Shown in pieces: positions 1 to 13,519 of a DNA stretch of 64,000 bases. The notes beneath the pieces are model-generated. The model worked only from the letters and a program-made list of their open reading frames with translations. It did not search any database and was not told the origin of the DNA. Both the position numbers and the translations under genes were made by a program. Source of the DNA: Azolla caroliniana (taxonomy: Eukaryota > Plantae > Polypodiophyta); assembly GCA_043228905.1 (NCBI GenBank), contig JBHGNT010000010.1, positions 21,328,001 to 21,392,000 of the forward strand, read 5' to 3'. Each line of letters opens with the position of its first letter. Positions within the stretch are counted from its first letter, which is position 1.

Positions 1-16
1 AGAGAAGAGCAGCCAT
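1..16 (-). CDS. possible start of a gene running off the left edge (MAALL...)
   Basis: The minus strand reads a CT-repeat leader, then gccATGGCTGCTCTTCTC in good initiation context. Only 5 codons are visible. Confidence 0.3.
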
Positions 17-2716
17 GGCCGAATCAAAGTTGGAAGTTTTGAGAGAGAGAGAGAGTGTGTGTGTGTGGTGCTTAACAGGGAGAAGATTATCTTCTGTATG
101 CATGTATCATGTATGTATATGTTTTGCTCTTCGAGCTTTGTTGCAATTTTGTGTAGAGCTAGTCATTTGACCATTACATTCTTTCTTTTCTGTATCACGA
201 TGGAAATTTATAAATGTATATACTACTTTTACATAATGAAAACAATGGGAAATATATGGTTTTGAATGCCATTTCTTGGAAATTATATGATCTTTCCTTG
301 TCGAAAGCTTTTATGGAAAAGTCATTACCTACTTTCAAGAAAAAAGAGATACATTGCAAGGTTATGAAAAAAGTGAGATAATATTTTATGTTTCTTCACT
401 TTTTTTTGTCAACCATAATCAAACAAAAAAGAGAAAATTATCTACCTTGCAATGGAAGGTTCAATATGTATAGGAGTCAATCTCAATCAAATGTCAACAA
501 TGGCACATCTCAAAGACATATATATAAATATATATCAACTTAGATTGCTCTTCCACTTGTGACACAATAGAACAAACTCATAAAATCAAGGTAACGTAAG
601 TTTGATCATCACCGTAAACCCCATTCATTCCAATCTATCTTTCAATAAAACTACAGGCATGTTGTATAACTTCACCTTCATTTAAAACTTCTTAGAGAGA
701 GAGAATGTATATCATTAAACATTGGGGTGCCCATTCCTAATATGATTAGTATCGTCGAAGTTATCATTGTGCTTTAACATGTAATACTTCTTAGAGAGAG
801 AGAGAGAGAATGTATATTGTTGAACATTGGAATGTTATTAAACAACTAAAAATGAACAAATTACAATTTGAATCAGTGACATACGCCTTATGAGGTTCCT
901 TTAACCATCAGACAACCCTTCAATTATGAGTTATGAACTTCCGAGAAAAGAAATCATCGTGAGAAATAAGATGACAAAAAATGTTTGTTGGCTAATTATT
1001 GTCCATTTTCTTCTTGTAACGAATAGTTGAAGTATTATCTAAATTGTATTATTCTCTATGAATTACCATTCGTCTTGTTTATGAATTGTAGCTTGCACAT
1101 TCATACACATTGCATGTGAATAGTCCTTTGCCATCAATACATTTAGTCTTTCTAAACCAAATTAATCATACTATCCACCCATTTACCTAGCAAGCTTTGG
1201 ATATGGTAAACTTTTCGAAGGATGTATGCAAACTTATGTGATACATCATGGATGGCCTAAAGCATGTATAAGGCGAATGGTTCTTTACTATTGGACTAAG
1301 TCCATTATTCCAAAATCTTGTTTATCTTTTTCTCCATCACCAATATTTATCTTTTGGGTCAAGAGTGTACATTGTGGTAATTATCAAATTGCACACCACC
1401 AAGACTAGGTTGTTCATATTATGCTTACGGATTATTTAGAGCTAGATTTTGCTTTCCAAATCTAAGGCCTTACATGAATCTTGTATGTGCAGGGTCTTAC
1501 AAGTTGTGAAATGTATTTATAGACATAATTTGTATTTCCAATGAAATGAGCAGTTAATCAACATAAAAAAACCATTACTAGTCATTTAAGTCATTAGTTG
1601 AGCATAACATCTCATAATGACATAATGATTTCCCAGTTATATTGCTCAGATAAGGAACCATTTCTAGTCATAATTAAGTCTCTTTTACGGAGGCAGGTGA
1701 AATGTTTTTATGCTTATGAACGTAGAGTTGTCTAAGAAGGCGTCTACAGAATATTGTTACTCGGAGAGATTCTACACGGGACAATACAGAATGCAATGGA
1801 GGTTGAATTCCCGCCTAGTAATACAAGTACTTACTTGACAACAGGCTATTTTACTGTTCCAACAGTGGAAGAGGAGTGTAGGCCTGTTATGTCATTGCTT
1901 GCTTGGACGGCCGACTGTCTAAGAAGTATGGTTAGACTGAAACCAGAAGATATGGTTGGTTTGCTACCACAAATATTTAACAGAATAATGACGTGGACAA
2001 GGTTGAACTATGCCCTCACTAACACCAAAGATCTTATGCTTCATTCTTTTACCCGGTCAGAACATTTTTTGTTCAAGAACCATCAGTTTGTAGGAAAAAT
2101 GGAGAAGAGATCCTTGTAGTTCATGTATTTGACATTTGAAGAACACAATCACCAGCATTTGCTGTCGGTTCAATGTTAAAGTGAAAGGATTGCAAAAATT
2201 GTTGCATTCTGATGTATATCAGTCAGTATCTATTGTGAAAATACTACAAGACGTTAGAATTTACCTTAAGGTAATTGCTTTGATGCTGATAGTATATTAC
2301 AATCAACAATTTTGCTTTCACCATAGTGCTCAAGAAACTGGAACCTTCATATTTGTATGTAGACCTACCAAAGACACTTTTCCAAAGACTATTACAAGCA
2401 CTGAGTACAGAATGTGATTTACAACAGCTAGAAACTGAAATTGAAAAAAAGTGTAATTAACATGGTGCAACAGGAAAATGACTGAAATCCATAGCAATTT
2501 TTGCTCGAAAAAAACTCTGCAAAAATATATGAAGTTAGCCAACTTGTCATCACAAAATTAATAGCATAAAATTATAATTGATGTGTTGTACCAAATATTT
2601 TAAAAGAAGAAGCGAATAAAAAACTCAATTATCCTCGCCAAAAACAAAAAATTTCAAGTAATACATAAGTAAGAAAATGTTCTTCTTGGGAGACAATAAA
2701 GTGTGAACAAAAATTC

Positions 2717-5700
2717 TCATGTCAAATCTTCTTCTTCAATTTCTTTTGCTTTCAAAGCATTTTTAGCTCGGAGGAAAAGAGTGGTCTTCCATTGGTCCTG
2801 CAGAAAATTATGACAAACAGAAAACCATAAATTACAGCCCTTTTGGTTCAGAAGATAATGATTTTTATGAATGGTTCAACTGTTTGTAGCAATGCAAAAT
2901 ATGAAATCAATCTCATATTACATTTGAGGTAGCAATAAATGATGATGGGCACAAATAGAGTTCTTGAACCACTCATATTAGACTACTTTAACCATATATT
3001 AGACTCAGGAAACCGATGTCCTTGAGACAGTAAGGCAAGTAATGATGATTTCAGCTCAAAAAGTGGTGATTAAGATTTAGGGTCTAGGGTTTAGGACTCT
3101 CAATCGAACACCATTCTCCACCGGAGGCTAAAGATCCCACCAAGTCATGGAACCAATATCCTCAAAAAGAAGAACCTTCTAGGTATCCTAATGATCAGGT
3201 AGTTCAGCTCTGGACCTCCAAACCAATTCACTGTATAGATGCATTTTAAGATTTGATAATACCCCAAGTGTGTTTGTGAGTTCTCACAAATCTCAAGGCT
3301 CGACTGAAACCATATGCAGTTGATTTTGTAAAATGATTCGAGTATTTTCCTATAAAATTATATGCATTTAAAATCTGCCTCTAAAACTGCTTCTAGGCAA
3401 CTACCTCTTATATGGAAAAAGGAGCTGCATTGTAAAATTCATTAATTTCAATATTAGTGGGGTATTAAATCTACTTCCCAGTTTGCAGGTTCTTTTATCA
3501 ACATCTATCAATACTGGAGCAGAATTCTTGGGCTGTTGCCAACTATATAAATCGGCAAAACTGGGATATGTCATGCTATCCTTCTCAATTCAGGCTCAAG
3601 AACATGTAGACATGCAAAATCGCCCAAAAAAGAAAAGAATAAACAGAACTTATGTGCTTGCATGTTCCTCTGACAATGCGAATATTAATCTGCTTACAAT
3701 GAATTTCCTATTGAGCACTGACTTTTTTATTTAAAATTTGAAATTTTTTATTGGAGAAAATATACCAGTCGAGTTATACTATCAAATTCCTTGATAGCAG
3801 TAGTGAACTTCTCCACATTCTCTTCCTCAATAGCCCCTGCTAGATCCTGACCAATAAAGTAATAGATAATAAGGCCAAAATAGCCTGAGTAGAAGATAGT
3901 AAAGCCAAAATGCTTCCCATCTTCAATGAAATAAATAGGTTTATATATGTGCTAAACATTACCATTAGAAGATTGCACTCTCTACTTCCTGAAAAAGATG
4001 GATCTAGATCCTGGGTACAATAACAGATAAAATTCAATGTGTTTAAGAGCATCTAGTCACAGTTTATATGCAAACCAGATACATCCTTGCTTAGAAAGTG
4101 ACAATAATAAACACACCTGGTACTTCTGAAGCGCGTTTGATATAGCTATACTATCACATCCACACAAATGACATATCCCTGCATTAAGAAGATGCCCTTT
4201 GACACCATATCGTAATAGGTTGTTGTTTATAGACTGGTTTGCAACTAGCTCGAAAATTTCAATCGCCTTTGGATATCTGTGAAGGCAATAGAAAGCAAAA
4301 TACATCTGCTTAAAGGATTTGGCATTTGGTTTGAACCAGCAAAGCATAAGCTAGTGACACCTACAGTTCAAGGATAGCTGCAAACTGAGCTACCTTCAAC
4401 TTGCATTGATTCCCCTGACTTGTGGCTTCTTCCCCTTCATACAACTCCGCAGCTTTCTCGTAGAATTCCATAGAATCTGTTATCTCCTCTTCCTTTTCGT
4501 ATATCTCTGCAATTTCCTGAAGAGAAAGTTAAAATCATTGTGAGAAACAGCATTTACAGTAAATTATAAATTCAAAAGAAAAAAATACTCTATACGCCAA
4601 GATTGCACAAATCAAGTGCCTAGAATCAGAAAACTGAGAAATAAAAACATTTAGACTTCAAAAAGTCAAACAATAGAAAAAATTACAGCAACATTAAGTC
4701 AGAATTTGAAAGTCTCAAATTATGCCAATCATGTAAAGCTCAATTTTTTCTGGGAAGATTCTATTGATTATTCATATATAGGATGCATTCAAGTAATACC
4801 AGCTCGATTTTTTCTACAGAAGGTCCACTGGTTATTCATATCTAGAATACATGCAACTTTTCTTGACATGTTCAAATTCAAACAGTTGACAGATAAGACT
4901 TATAGTGGTACATCAATGTGAATTAAAAAGGTATATGAAATGCGTGGTAACATTTTGCATATTGGAATATCATTAATAGTGATCCAAACTATGCAAGGCA
5001 ATTGATAGAAAGTCCCAACTTATCATTTTTTAGAGCACATATAATATTGTTCAAACATGTATTGATTATTCACTGCTCACTCATACAAAATGCAGAAATC
5101 AACATCTGAATATTACGTTAATATCGAATAACTATATGCAATGCATCTTACTACACTGAATATGTGTAATTACGAACCTTGTAATACTTTGCAGCCATTG
5201 ATAATCTTCCAATTTCCGTAAACATTTGGACTGCTTGACTCAAATATTTAACCGCCTCTACACAAACACACAAAATCAAGCTTCAGCATCTTTGCATCAA
5301 CATATTATGACACTATTTCAACATAATAAAATTCACCTTTGGTATTGACCTTCTTGAAACAATTTCCGGCATCAACAAATGCTGAGGCAGCTTCATGTTT
5401 GCTTTCAAGCTGGGAATAAATGCAAAAACAGAAGTACAATGAAACATTGCAAAGTTATATTTACGGACAAACACACATGCACACATTCAAGTTCAAAAGA
5501 TCAATTCTATAGTTCATTTTTAAGACTCTTCGCAAGAAGAGAGAAAAAATAAGAAGAAGAAACTCCAAAAGGAAAATAAGTTTAAACAGTCCAAAAATAT
5601 GAATGAGATATGCATTAATATGCTGAGATGTGGATACTCGATAAAATCAATACGTGCCAAAATGCAATTCCATGATCTGCTTAACATGTAAACTAAACTT

Positions 5701-6795
5701 ATAAAATATATGCAGCTTTAATGAAGAGCTATTATCCCAAACATTGGGTAGGAGCATATTAAGCGTTAAATGCAAAATAAATGCATATATGGAATTTATT
5801 TTAATAAAAAGGTGAATTTCCTAAAGGGTAGGGATATAGGCATATATTGACCTTTAGATGGCAGTTTGCAAGCTGGATATATGCATTTGCTGCTTTATCC
5901 CCTGAAGAAAATAATAATCATTATGGAAATTTTTCCAAGCTCGATATAAGATTTTAGTGCATCTGCCTCAATATATGTGATATGAAATGAAACAAATAGG
6001 TAACAAGCTCAGAGACAGTATTAGAATTATGTATAGGAAATCAGAGGCAGTATTAGAATTATGTATAGGAAATCTCAACAAAACGTAAGATAGCAATCTA
6101 ATCAATATTCTCATTTTCTATGGGTTGTGACATTATAAAAAGTAGCAAGTTTTAAGGCAATGTCTGGAATACAAATTAGAATTCCCAGAAAATTGCGTGA
6201 CAGTAAAGTGTAATCCAAATTGGAACTTTCTATGTCATAATGCAAAATTAGAATAAGAGGTTCAAACAGCAACCTCCCATATAAAGTGAGACGGTAAGAT
6301 CTAATCAATATAATTTCCATAATTCCATTTTCTATTTGATACGAAATCAAGGTAGAAAGCAACAAACTCTAGCCAAATGTGAGATTGTAAAATCTAATTA
6401 AAATTAGAACTTTCTTTTCCTTGAAATAACATTTCAATTTTTGTATTTGTTTCCTTGAACAACACTATTGCTTTTCCTTCAACCCAGATTTTAATTATTG
6501 TATTCTTGTACTTCAACTACCTCAGATGATTTTTGGACAATGGCAGAGATGACTAAATGAAGTCTCCGATCCATGTACGAAATTTACGTCCGTTAAAACT
6601 TAAACCTAAAACTTTCTGTTAAGAAAGAAATAAAAAACGAGGGATCTTACAAGCTTTAGCAAGTTTGTAGCAGTTTCCAGCTTTGTCGAAGAGGTCTGCT
6701 GCGTCATCGTACTTGGATCCGAAGATCCCCCATCCTTTCAGCTTCTTCTCTGCTTTTTTCTCAAATTCATCGCCTTTCGCTTCCTGATCGGCCAT
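2717..6795 (-). CDS. alpha-SNAP: alpha-soluble NSF attachment protein (alpha-SNAP), 289 aa, 9 exons
   Basis: Exons 6651-6795, 5852-5901, 5337-5409, 5178-5257, 4365-4516, 4117-4276, 3963-4010, 3766-3846, 2717-2797, all GT-AG, total 870 nt. Motifs: [67 protein letters not shown]-terminal EEEDLT. Confidence 0.97.
3076..3095 (+). repeat. short interstitial telomere-like repeat
   Basis: TTTAGGG TCTAGGG TTTAGG in the last alpha-SNAP intron. Confidence 0.5.
6011..6074. repeat. 2 x 32-bp tandem duplication
   Basis: AGAGRCAGTATTAGAATTATGTATAGGAAATC occurs twice in alpha-SNAP intron 1. Confidence 0.85.
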
Positions 6796-9700
6796 GGCTT
6801 CTCGGCTTAACAATCACGCAGAGAAGACCGAAAGAGAGACTTGACAAATGGAAGTATTAATTATTAATATTCCATTTTTTGAAAAAAAATGCTTTTTGTT
6901 ATTAATAGTTATTACTTTTATGATTTTTGTTTTGTTTCCATTATTACTTCTATGGTTTTTGTTTTTTCTTTCATTTCCACTATTATTATTTTAATTTTTA
7001 TTTGATATTGCTTCTATTTTCATTTTCACTTGGTCTTTTTTCCTTATTATAAAATTTATTTTTTGTGTTTTTTTACTTTTAGTTTTACATTGCTCTTTTT
7101 TTCCTCTTCTTTTTTTTTAATACGTATGTATGTTACATAATTCGCCTCAACAAGAAAAAAATACAAATTTTGCATGAGAAGAGGCATTTAGACCTGCTTC
7201 AAACACCAACTTCCGATGAACATAGAGACACGGATGGACATGGAGACATGGACAGACGATAACATGTGTTGTCTCATGAGCAGGACAAGAGGTTCGTGAA
7301 CCACACATGGAGAGTGTAGCCATGTATGTTCTCTAGGACTTGTCCAATCCTTAGTGTGGCATAAGATCATTGGACTCAAGTTTAGTAAGTATGACAAAGC
7401 CCATTCTTCTGTTTGTAAGGGACAAAAATTGGTTAAATTCTGGATAGGTTCAACTACTATGACAAGCTAATTTGACTTGTTGTGCAAGCGAAGAAAGAAA
7501 GTGTGCCATCTAGGACACAGAGTGTGCCTCAACAATGAACAAGTAGAAGTTCTAACCATGTTGAATGCTTATGTGGCACCACAATATTCGTCGTAAGAGA
7601 ACAAGAAAACGTGTGCCGAATAAGCAAGAAAAGTGTAACCCAAAGGAAGCAATTCAAAAATCTTAATCGGACCAATGGATAATCATTTAGCATTTTCATA
7701 CCAACCAGCCACTCTACTGTTTGCACTAGATAAACATGTACATTCACAAGCAGTAATTTTAATTCCATTATGGTAATAACTAGTATTATAGGGCAACAAT
7801 GACCATTTGCCTTGACATGGCAATGTTAATGAAACACAATGTCGAAATATGGTTATAACTTATAACTTATATTAGTGTACTTGATAGATTTGGCGCTTCA
7901 TAATAATTTCACAAAGGAAAGTTCAAACCCTACTCTAAATTATTTTAATGCATGTATATAGCCTCAATGGCATGCATAGTATTTAAAAACTTGTTTGTTG
8001 CAATAGTAGAGACAATATAATCCTCAACCAACCCACTTTTTATTTATTGCGTGTCATGTATGTCGTCATTATTATGCCTCTAAAGTCTTCAAGGGCATCA
8101 TCAAATAAGGGGATTATTTGCCACGACTTTCTAGTTTCCACACAACTAAACTTCCCTTCTTAGAGAGAAACCAAGCAATTGATAATGTCTTTGGCAAATA
8201 TATTTTGAGGAAAGTTTGATTTCCTATAGGCCTGATTCCATCTATATATGATCTCTTTGTCATTGCCTATCTAAATGAGCTTGCACATCATTCTCGAATA
8301 AACAACTATCCACCTCCCCTTATCTTCAATCTCCTTGATGATCAACTTTTTCAATCACTTTTTCCATGATATATTAGATTTTTTAAATTCTCCCATTCCC
8401 TTAAGGAAATCCTATACACGTGCTCCTCTCAGACTTTAGATGGCATGTACTATTGTTCCAAAAGTAGTCATTCATATTATTTATCCTTAGATCTTTCGTA
8501 CTTTACTTGTTAAGCTTGTCGTGCAAGAGTGGTACTATGTATCATATATTCTCCCTATCTTGATCAATTACTCATTTGACCAAGATATATTGTGGGCCAT
8601 ATGTGAGAGGATTCACATAACCATGGACGTCAACTAAAGTTCTCTATCAAGTAATACCATCGCGAAAGTTTTGCAATCATTAATTCCTTCATGATATGTG
8701 TAATTGGCCCACCTTGTTTTTACTAGGCATTGAAAACCCTCACACATCATGGTTTTGTTTGTAGTCAAAGGCTTATAATTGACTCATGCCTCGTGCATTT
8801 TATGTCTCTCGTATATATGAACACGCTGATATTGAGACATTTCTCATCCCTACTTGGTTCACACGATCCATTTAGTTTTTATGTGCTACTTCACTCATCT
8901 CACAGTCCATTTATTTTTTAGGCGTTCCTTCAATTGGCTCACACAATCCATTTGTTCGTTGCCTCTTCTCATATGGCCAAATTCACATAAGGATGAAGTC
9001 CAATTTCACTCATACTTTATTGGTCCACGTCTCCTACATGGTCCATTCCAAATGGTAGATTTACAACTTTGTATGTCATTCTTTGCTCCACTTAGCTTGC
9101 ACAATCCATCCATACTTCGTTGTGCCGAAGTTGATCAAGATAGGTTTATGTGTCATCCACCCTCAACCCCCCCCCCTTTGAACCGCATGAGCGTCACTAG
9201 AAGCATATGGCTCTGGTAGTTTATACATGGAGACAAACACGAAGAAAAATAATATTCGTTTTTTCCAAAGAGAGGAAAACTAGTGTTTCTTGCTTACAAC
9301 GCTCGTTGTGCGAGATGGACTACTATGTTCATTTGAAATCTTTACGATATTTGCTTCATCTTGTCCTCAAAATCCATTGCATTGGACCACCCTTAGGATC
9401 ATTATGTTCTGCTTACTTGGAAAATGTGTTCAAATAGAGATGATCATCACTTCCTCCATTTGCTAGTTCATTCTTGAGAATCCAGATTACGTCTTAAAAT
9501 CACACGTTACACTCTTATCGTGACTTCACATATTATACATTGTTAGAAGTCGTGCAACAAAATTGATAAATAATTCAAGCAAAAATGTTAACATGACCTC
9601 TAAATGCAAATACTTAGCATTGCCAACCGGAGAAATGCATTTAAACGATTAAACATTATCAACAAGTTGTAAAATTCTTCACTATGATTTTTTTCTCATT

Positions 9701-10098
9701 TGAAACTTAAAAGTAAACTATCAATATTGCTTGATATACTTTCACATAAACAATTTCAAACAATATCTCTCCTTTTCTATGATGATGATATTTTATTTCA
9801 AATGTTTGGAACTCCAAACATGCATATACCATCAAAAAGTCCATAAAAATTGTATCCCCAAATATGTATGTATATACTATCAAGAAGAACATAAGGAATG
9901 AGAGATAAGTTTACGCTATAACTTATTATTCAAATATGAGACCATATGTACACAACCAATATGAAATTTAATATGATAAATTATTAGCTTTCAGTGCTTC
10001 AACAAAATAATGAAATAAGTAGTCTATCGGATTTGCTTTGGTCTTGAACAATGTACTTATATAATCGAGATAGGATTTTTTGGTTACATTTTACTAAG

Positions 10099-10356
10099 CT
10101 ATAATGGCCACCATTTAGATTTTCTACGAGCCATTTCTTGAGTGTATTGGACATGTCGATACCATAGAATGGCAATAATAACTACAACAACACTAAGAGC
10201 CACCCATACAATACTTGCTCTATGTCTTTGTAACCAATTCTTGCTCGAGGTAGGAACTTTAGACTTTGCATTGCGAGATGTTCCATCACCATTGTTGGTT
10301 CGTGTGGATCCCCCACCCTTCGACATTATTACTTCCTTTGAAGGCATGGTTGGCAT
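10099..10356 (-). CDS. candidate small (about 85 aa) single-pass membrane protein, family unrecognised
   Basis: ORF with a basic Ser/Gly-rich N-terminus, one hydrophobic helix (SIVWVALSVVVVIIAILWY) and a basic tail RRKSKWWPL. Upstream are a plausible 5'UTR intron (GTGAGT near 10564 to TAG near 10471) and a CT/CA microsatellite leader. Confidence 0.45.
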   Translation of the reverse strand: MPTMPSKEVIMSKGGGSTRTNNGDGTSRNAKSKVPTSSKNWLQRHRASIVWVALSVVVVIIAILWYRHVQYTQEMARRKSKWWPL

Positions 10357-13300
10357 TCGCAACGGGTAGAGTATCCTCTTTCACTAAAGATTGATAGCAA
10401 GCATCTCCATGAATTTCACACGATCCAAGTGAGAATCATTATTGTCATTGTGAGACATCCAAGTGAGATCCTACATGCATACATTATATGTACAACCACC
10501 AAGCGTTAAAGGACAAGAATTTAAGAAGAAAACACAAGAGCATAATTAGTTGGCCTCAACTCACCCTTCATCTCCTCCTCCAGATATAGGATTGAAGGAT
10601 GGTCACATCTAAAAGGAAGTGCTTAAGGAAAGTACTAGCGTGTGTGTGTGTGTAAGAGAGAGAGAGAGAGCAATTCAGAGATTTACCATCCGTAGGGCAT
10701 CATCATGTATGCATGCTTGTATATCTTCTATGTGTGTTTTCTCTTCGATTTTGGTTGAACTACTACATCGTTCTTCTATCTTCTTTTCTTTCTTCTTTTC
10801 TTTCTCCTTCCCTCAAGAGACGCACCCTTTCCTTCCTTCCATCTTCCATCTCCCATCATTTTATGCTTTTATTGAGTCCTTTTCACACCCACAACAAAAA
10901 GGGAAGGACATTTTGTACGCAACATGAAAAACCTATGCCTCCCCCCCTCACACATTCCTACTTCTTCCTCTAGAAATATGTCTAAATTTACATATTTGTT
11001 TCACACCCACTTGGGTTTCTAATGTCTCATTGCATGACTAAATCTCGCGCCCGATTTTGTCTTTCTAAGGCTTCCGTTTCTTCCTTCATAGCTTCCATTT
11101 GCTAGCTTTATATAAATATATGCGTATATAATTGCCAATTTGCCACTCCATCAACGAACATATGGTCTAATTTTTTTAGCCTTCAACGAATATTCCTCGG
11201 AACATGAGCCTACAAAGTTTGTTGGTGCGCGTATACTATATATACACATGTTCGTACATTTAACTGTATATTAAGAATGTAAGATTCCTTTATTTCCTAA
11301 CAAAGAATTATTCAGAGTTCATGTAAACAAGTGTATACACTGAGAATATGTAAAAAAATACATATGACCAAATTCCTAAGTACAAACAAACCTTAGGCTA
11401 TTATTATAATTCCATCTAAAAGAAGAGACCATGTATGGCCTTTTGCCCCCAAGAGTCACACCACATTTAAATTATTGCATGTGTACCGGGTACCCAACCC
11501 ATTAGTTGTCAATGATTCCAACTAACACTCCTTGTCAATGTGAATGACATCCTATTCACCCTTTGTTTCACATATTTGCATGTACATTGATCCTCCATTT
11601 TTGTATGTGTGAATATATCCAATGGACAACATCTTGCATGGAAAAAAAAAATTAAGCTATGTCAATAGTGTACCCTAAATCCCCTAAACTTTATGAATTT
11701 TTACTAGAAATATTTTACACTTATAAATAACGTGAAGTTATTGTATGTATGTAAAACATTTCCCATTTCAAATGTTTGGCTTTGTTATCTAATTGGCGTC
11801 ATGCCTTTTGCAACTGTTTTAGTGGGGATTTCTATTTTATAGAACCTTTACGTTCTTTTAAAAGTTTCAACTACATATTTTACATAAACTTTATGTGAAT
11901 TTATTTTCAAATTTTAAATGTAATCTTCAAGTTTCATGCTTGGAGGTGCATCCACCCCACTCAAGACTTAATTTAGTCGTTCTTTCCAAAATACAAGAAT
12001 GCAAATGAAAAACATCTCCCACATATGCTTCTCACCCTGGTGGTCTTCTCAACAAAAGAGACATTTGTTGATAAGATTGGACTTGCTTAGACAGATCATC
12101 ATAAATGATAAAGGTATGTTGTTTGTAGTACATAAAACATTCGGCTAGAGTTTCACCTATATAGGGGGGCCAGATATTGTAGAGTAGTTGGATAATTCAC
12201 ATTTGTCTTATGACCGATTTGCAAGTGCCACAACCTGTACGCATTGATGTTTGATGATTTGGCAATTATCTAAATACATCTACCACTATAGTATGTATAT
12301 GCCTACCAATATACAAACATTGAATCTCAAGATATGTTACAATGTTATGAATCCATCCCCCACTACAATATTCCCAAGAAGATGATTGTTCTTGGCAATT
12401 GATTTAAATCCAAACTTGGGAATAGTTTGGAGTTGAGTGTACATTGCACAAAACCCAAGTTTACCAATGACAAATAGTAGCATGATGGCCACTTCTCTTG
12501 ACTAAAAATTCATAAGTCAAACAAGTAATGTACAATGATGCAACAACAAAATGAAGGACTATGGAGGATTCAAGACAACAGTGAGGCAACAATGAATAAA
12601 ATTGTTGTTAGTTTGGCCCATCAAGCAAATCTCAAGAAAAGCAATTATTCAAACACTTGATTATATAATTATCAATGATGAGTAGTTTGCAAATCCAAAA
12701 TCAAAATTTCAACTACCTTTGGTAAATTGCATTGACCACTTTAATTAACAAAATTTTTAGAAAAGAGATTACAATAAGTTAATACGATGTGTCATTTGCA
12801 AATCCAAAATTTAAAAATCACTTTGGCAAACAAAAGGGTAACATTTTCCTAAACATGGGCTCGGGAATGTAGATTGGAGCATGATCATAACTCTGTGCAG
12901 ATAACATTGGATCCAGAAATGATGAATAGATCAATAATATTGCAAGTTAGAACATTTCTTATACAGATTATAAGCACAAAAACTCCTTGAGATTGATTGA
13001 TGAGTTCACGTTCATGCCAATGTTATACATGCACAAATCAACATTTCCCACTCAAAATCCTAAAATCTCTTCATACCCATCAGAGCACATCAACTAAAGC
13101 AAACTCTGGCTACAAAAAGCCTCCTATCCATAAAAGTATCTGAGAAATGGTACCGAATTGGTTAATCCAAGGTGTCAGAAACTAACCCAACACCTGTGAT
13201 CCTAACTTATGTTCACAAACTTCTCCTAGCCCTGTAACTATATTATAGATAATTGTTGCAAAGCCTTTCCCCGTGCATGATCCAAGCCTAGATTAACTAC

Positions 13301-13519
13301 AACACAAAGGTGGGGCTTACCATTGACAAACTTGATAGACATGACGAATCTTCTTTCTTGTTATTATTTGATCCCAAATCGCCTATGTATAGAGGGCATG
13401 TTCATAATCATCATATGGAACACGGTCTTATAAAAAGTGCAAAACATGGAAGAAATCTGGTGGAAAAGGACCATGTATTATGACTTCTCAATTTGCTAGC
13501 ATTCAAACAATCTCATATT

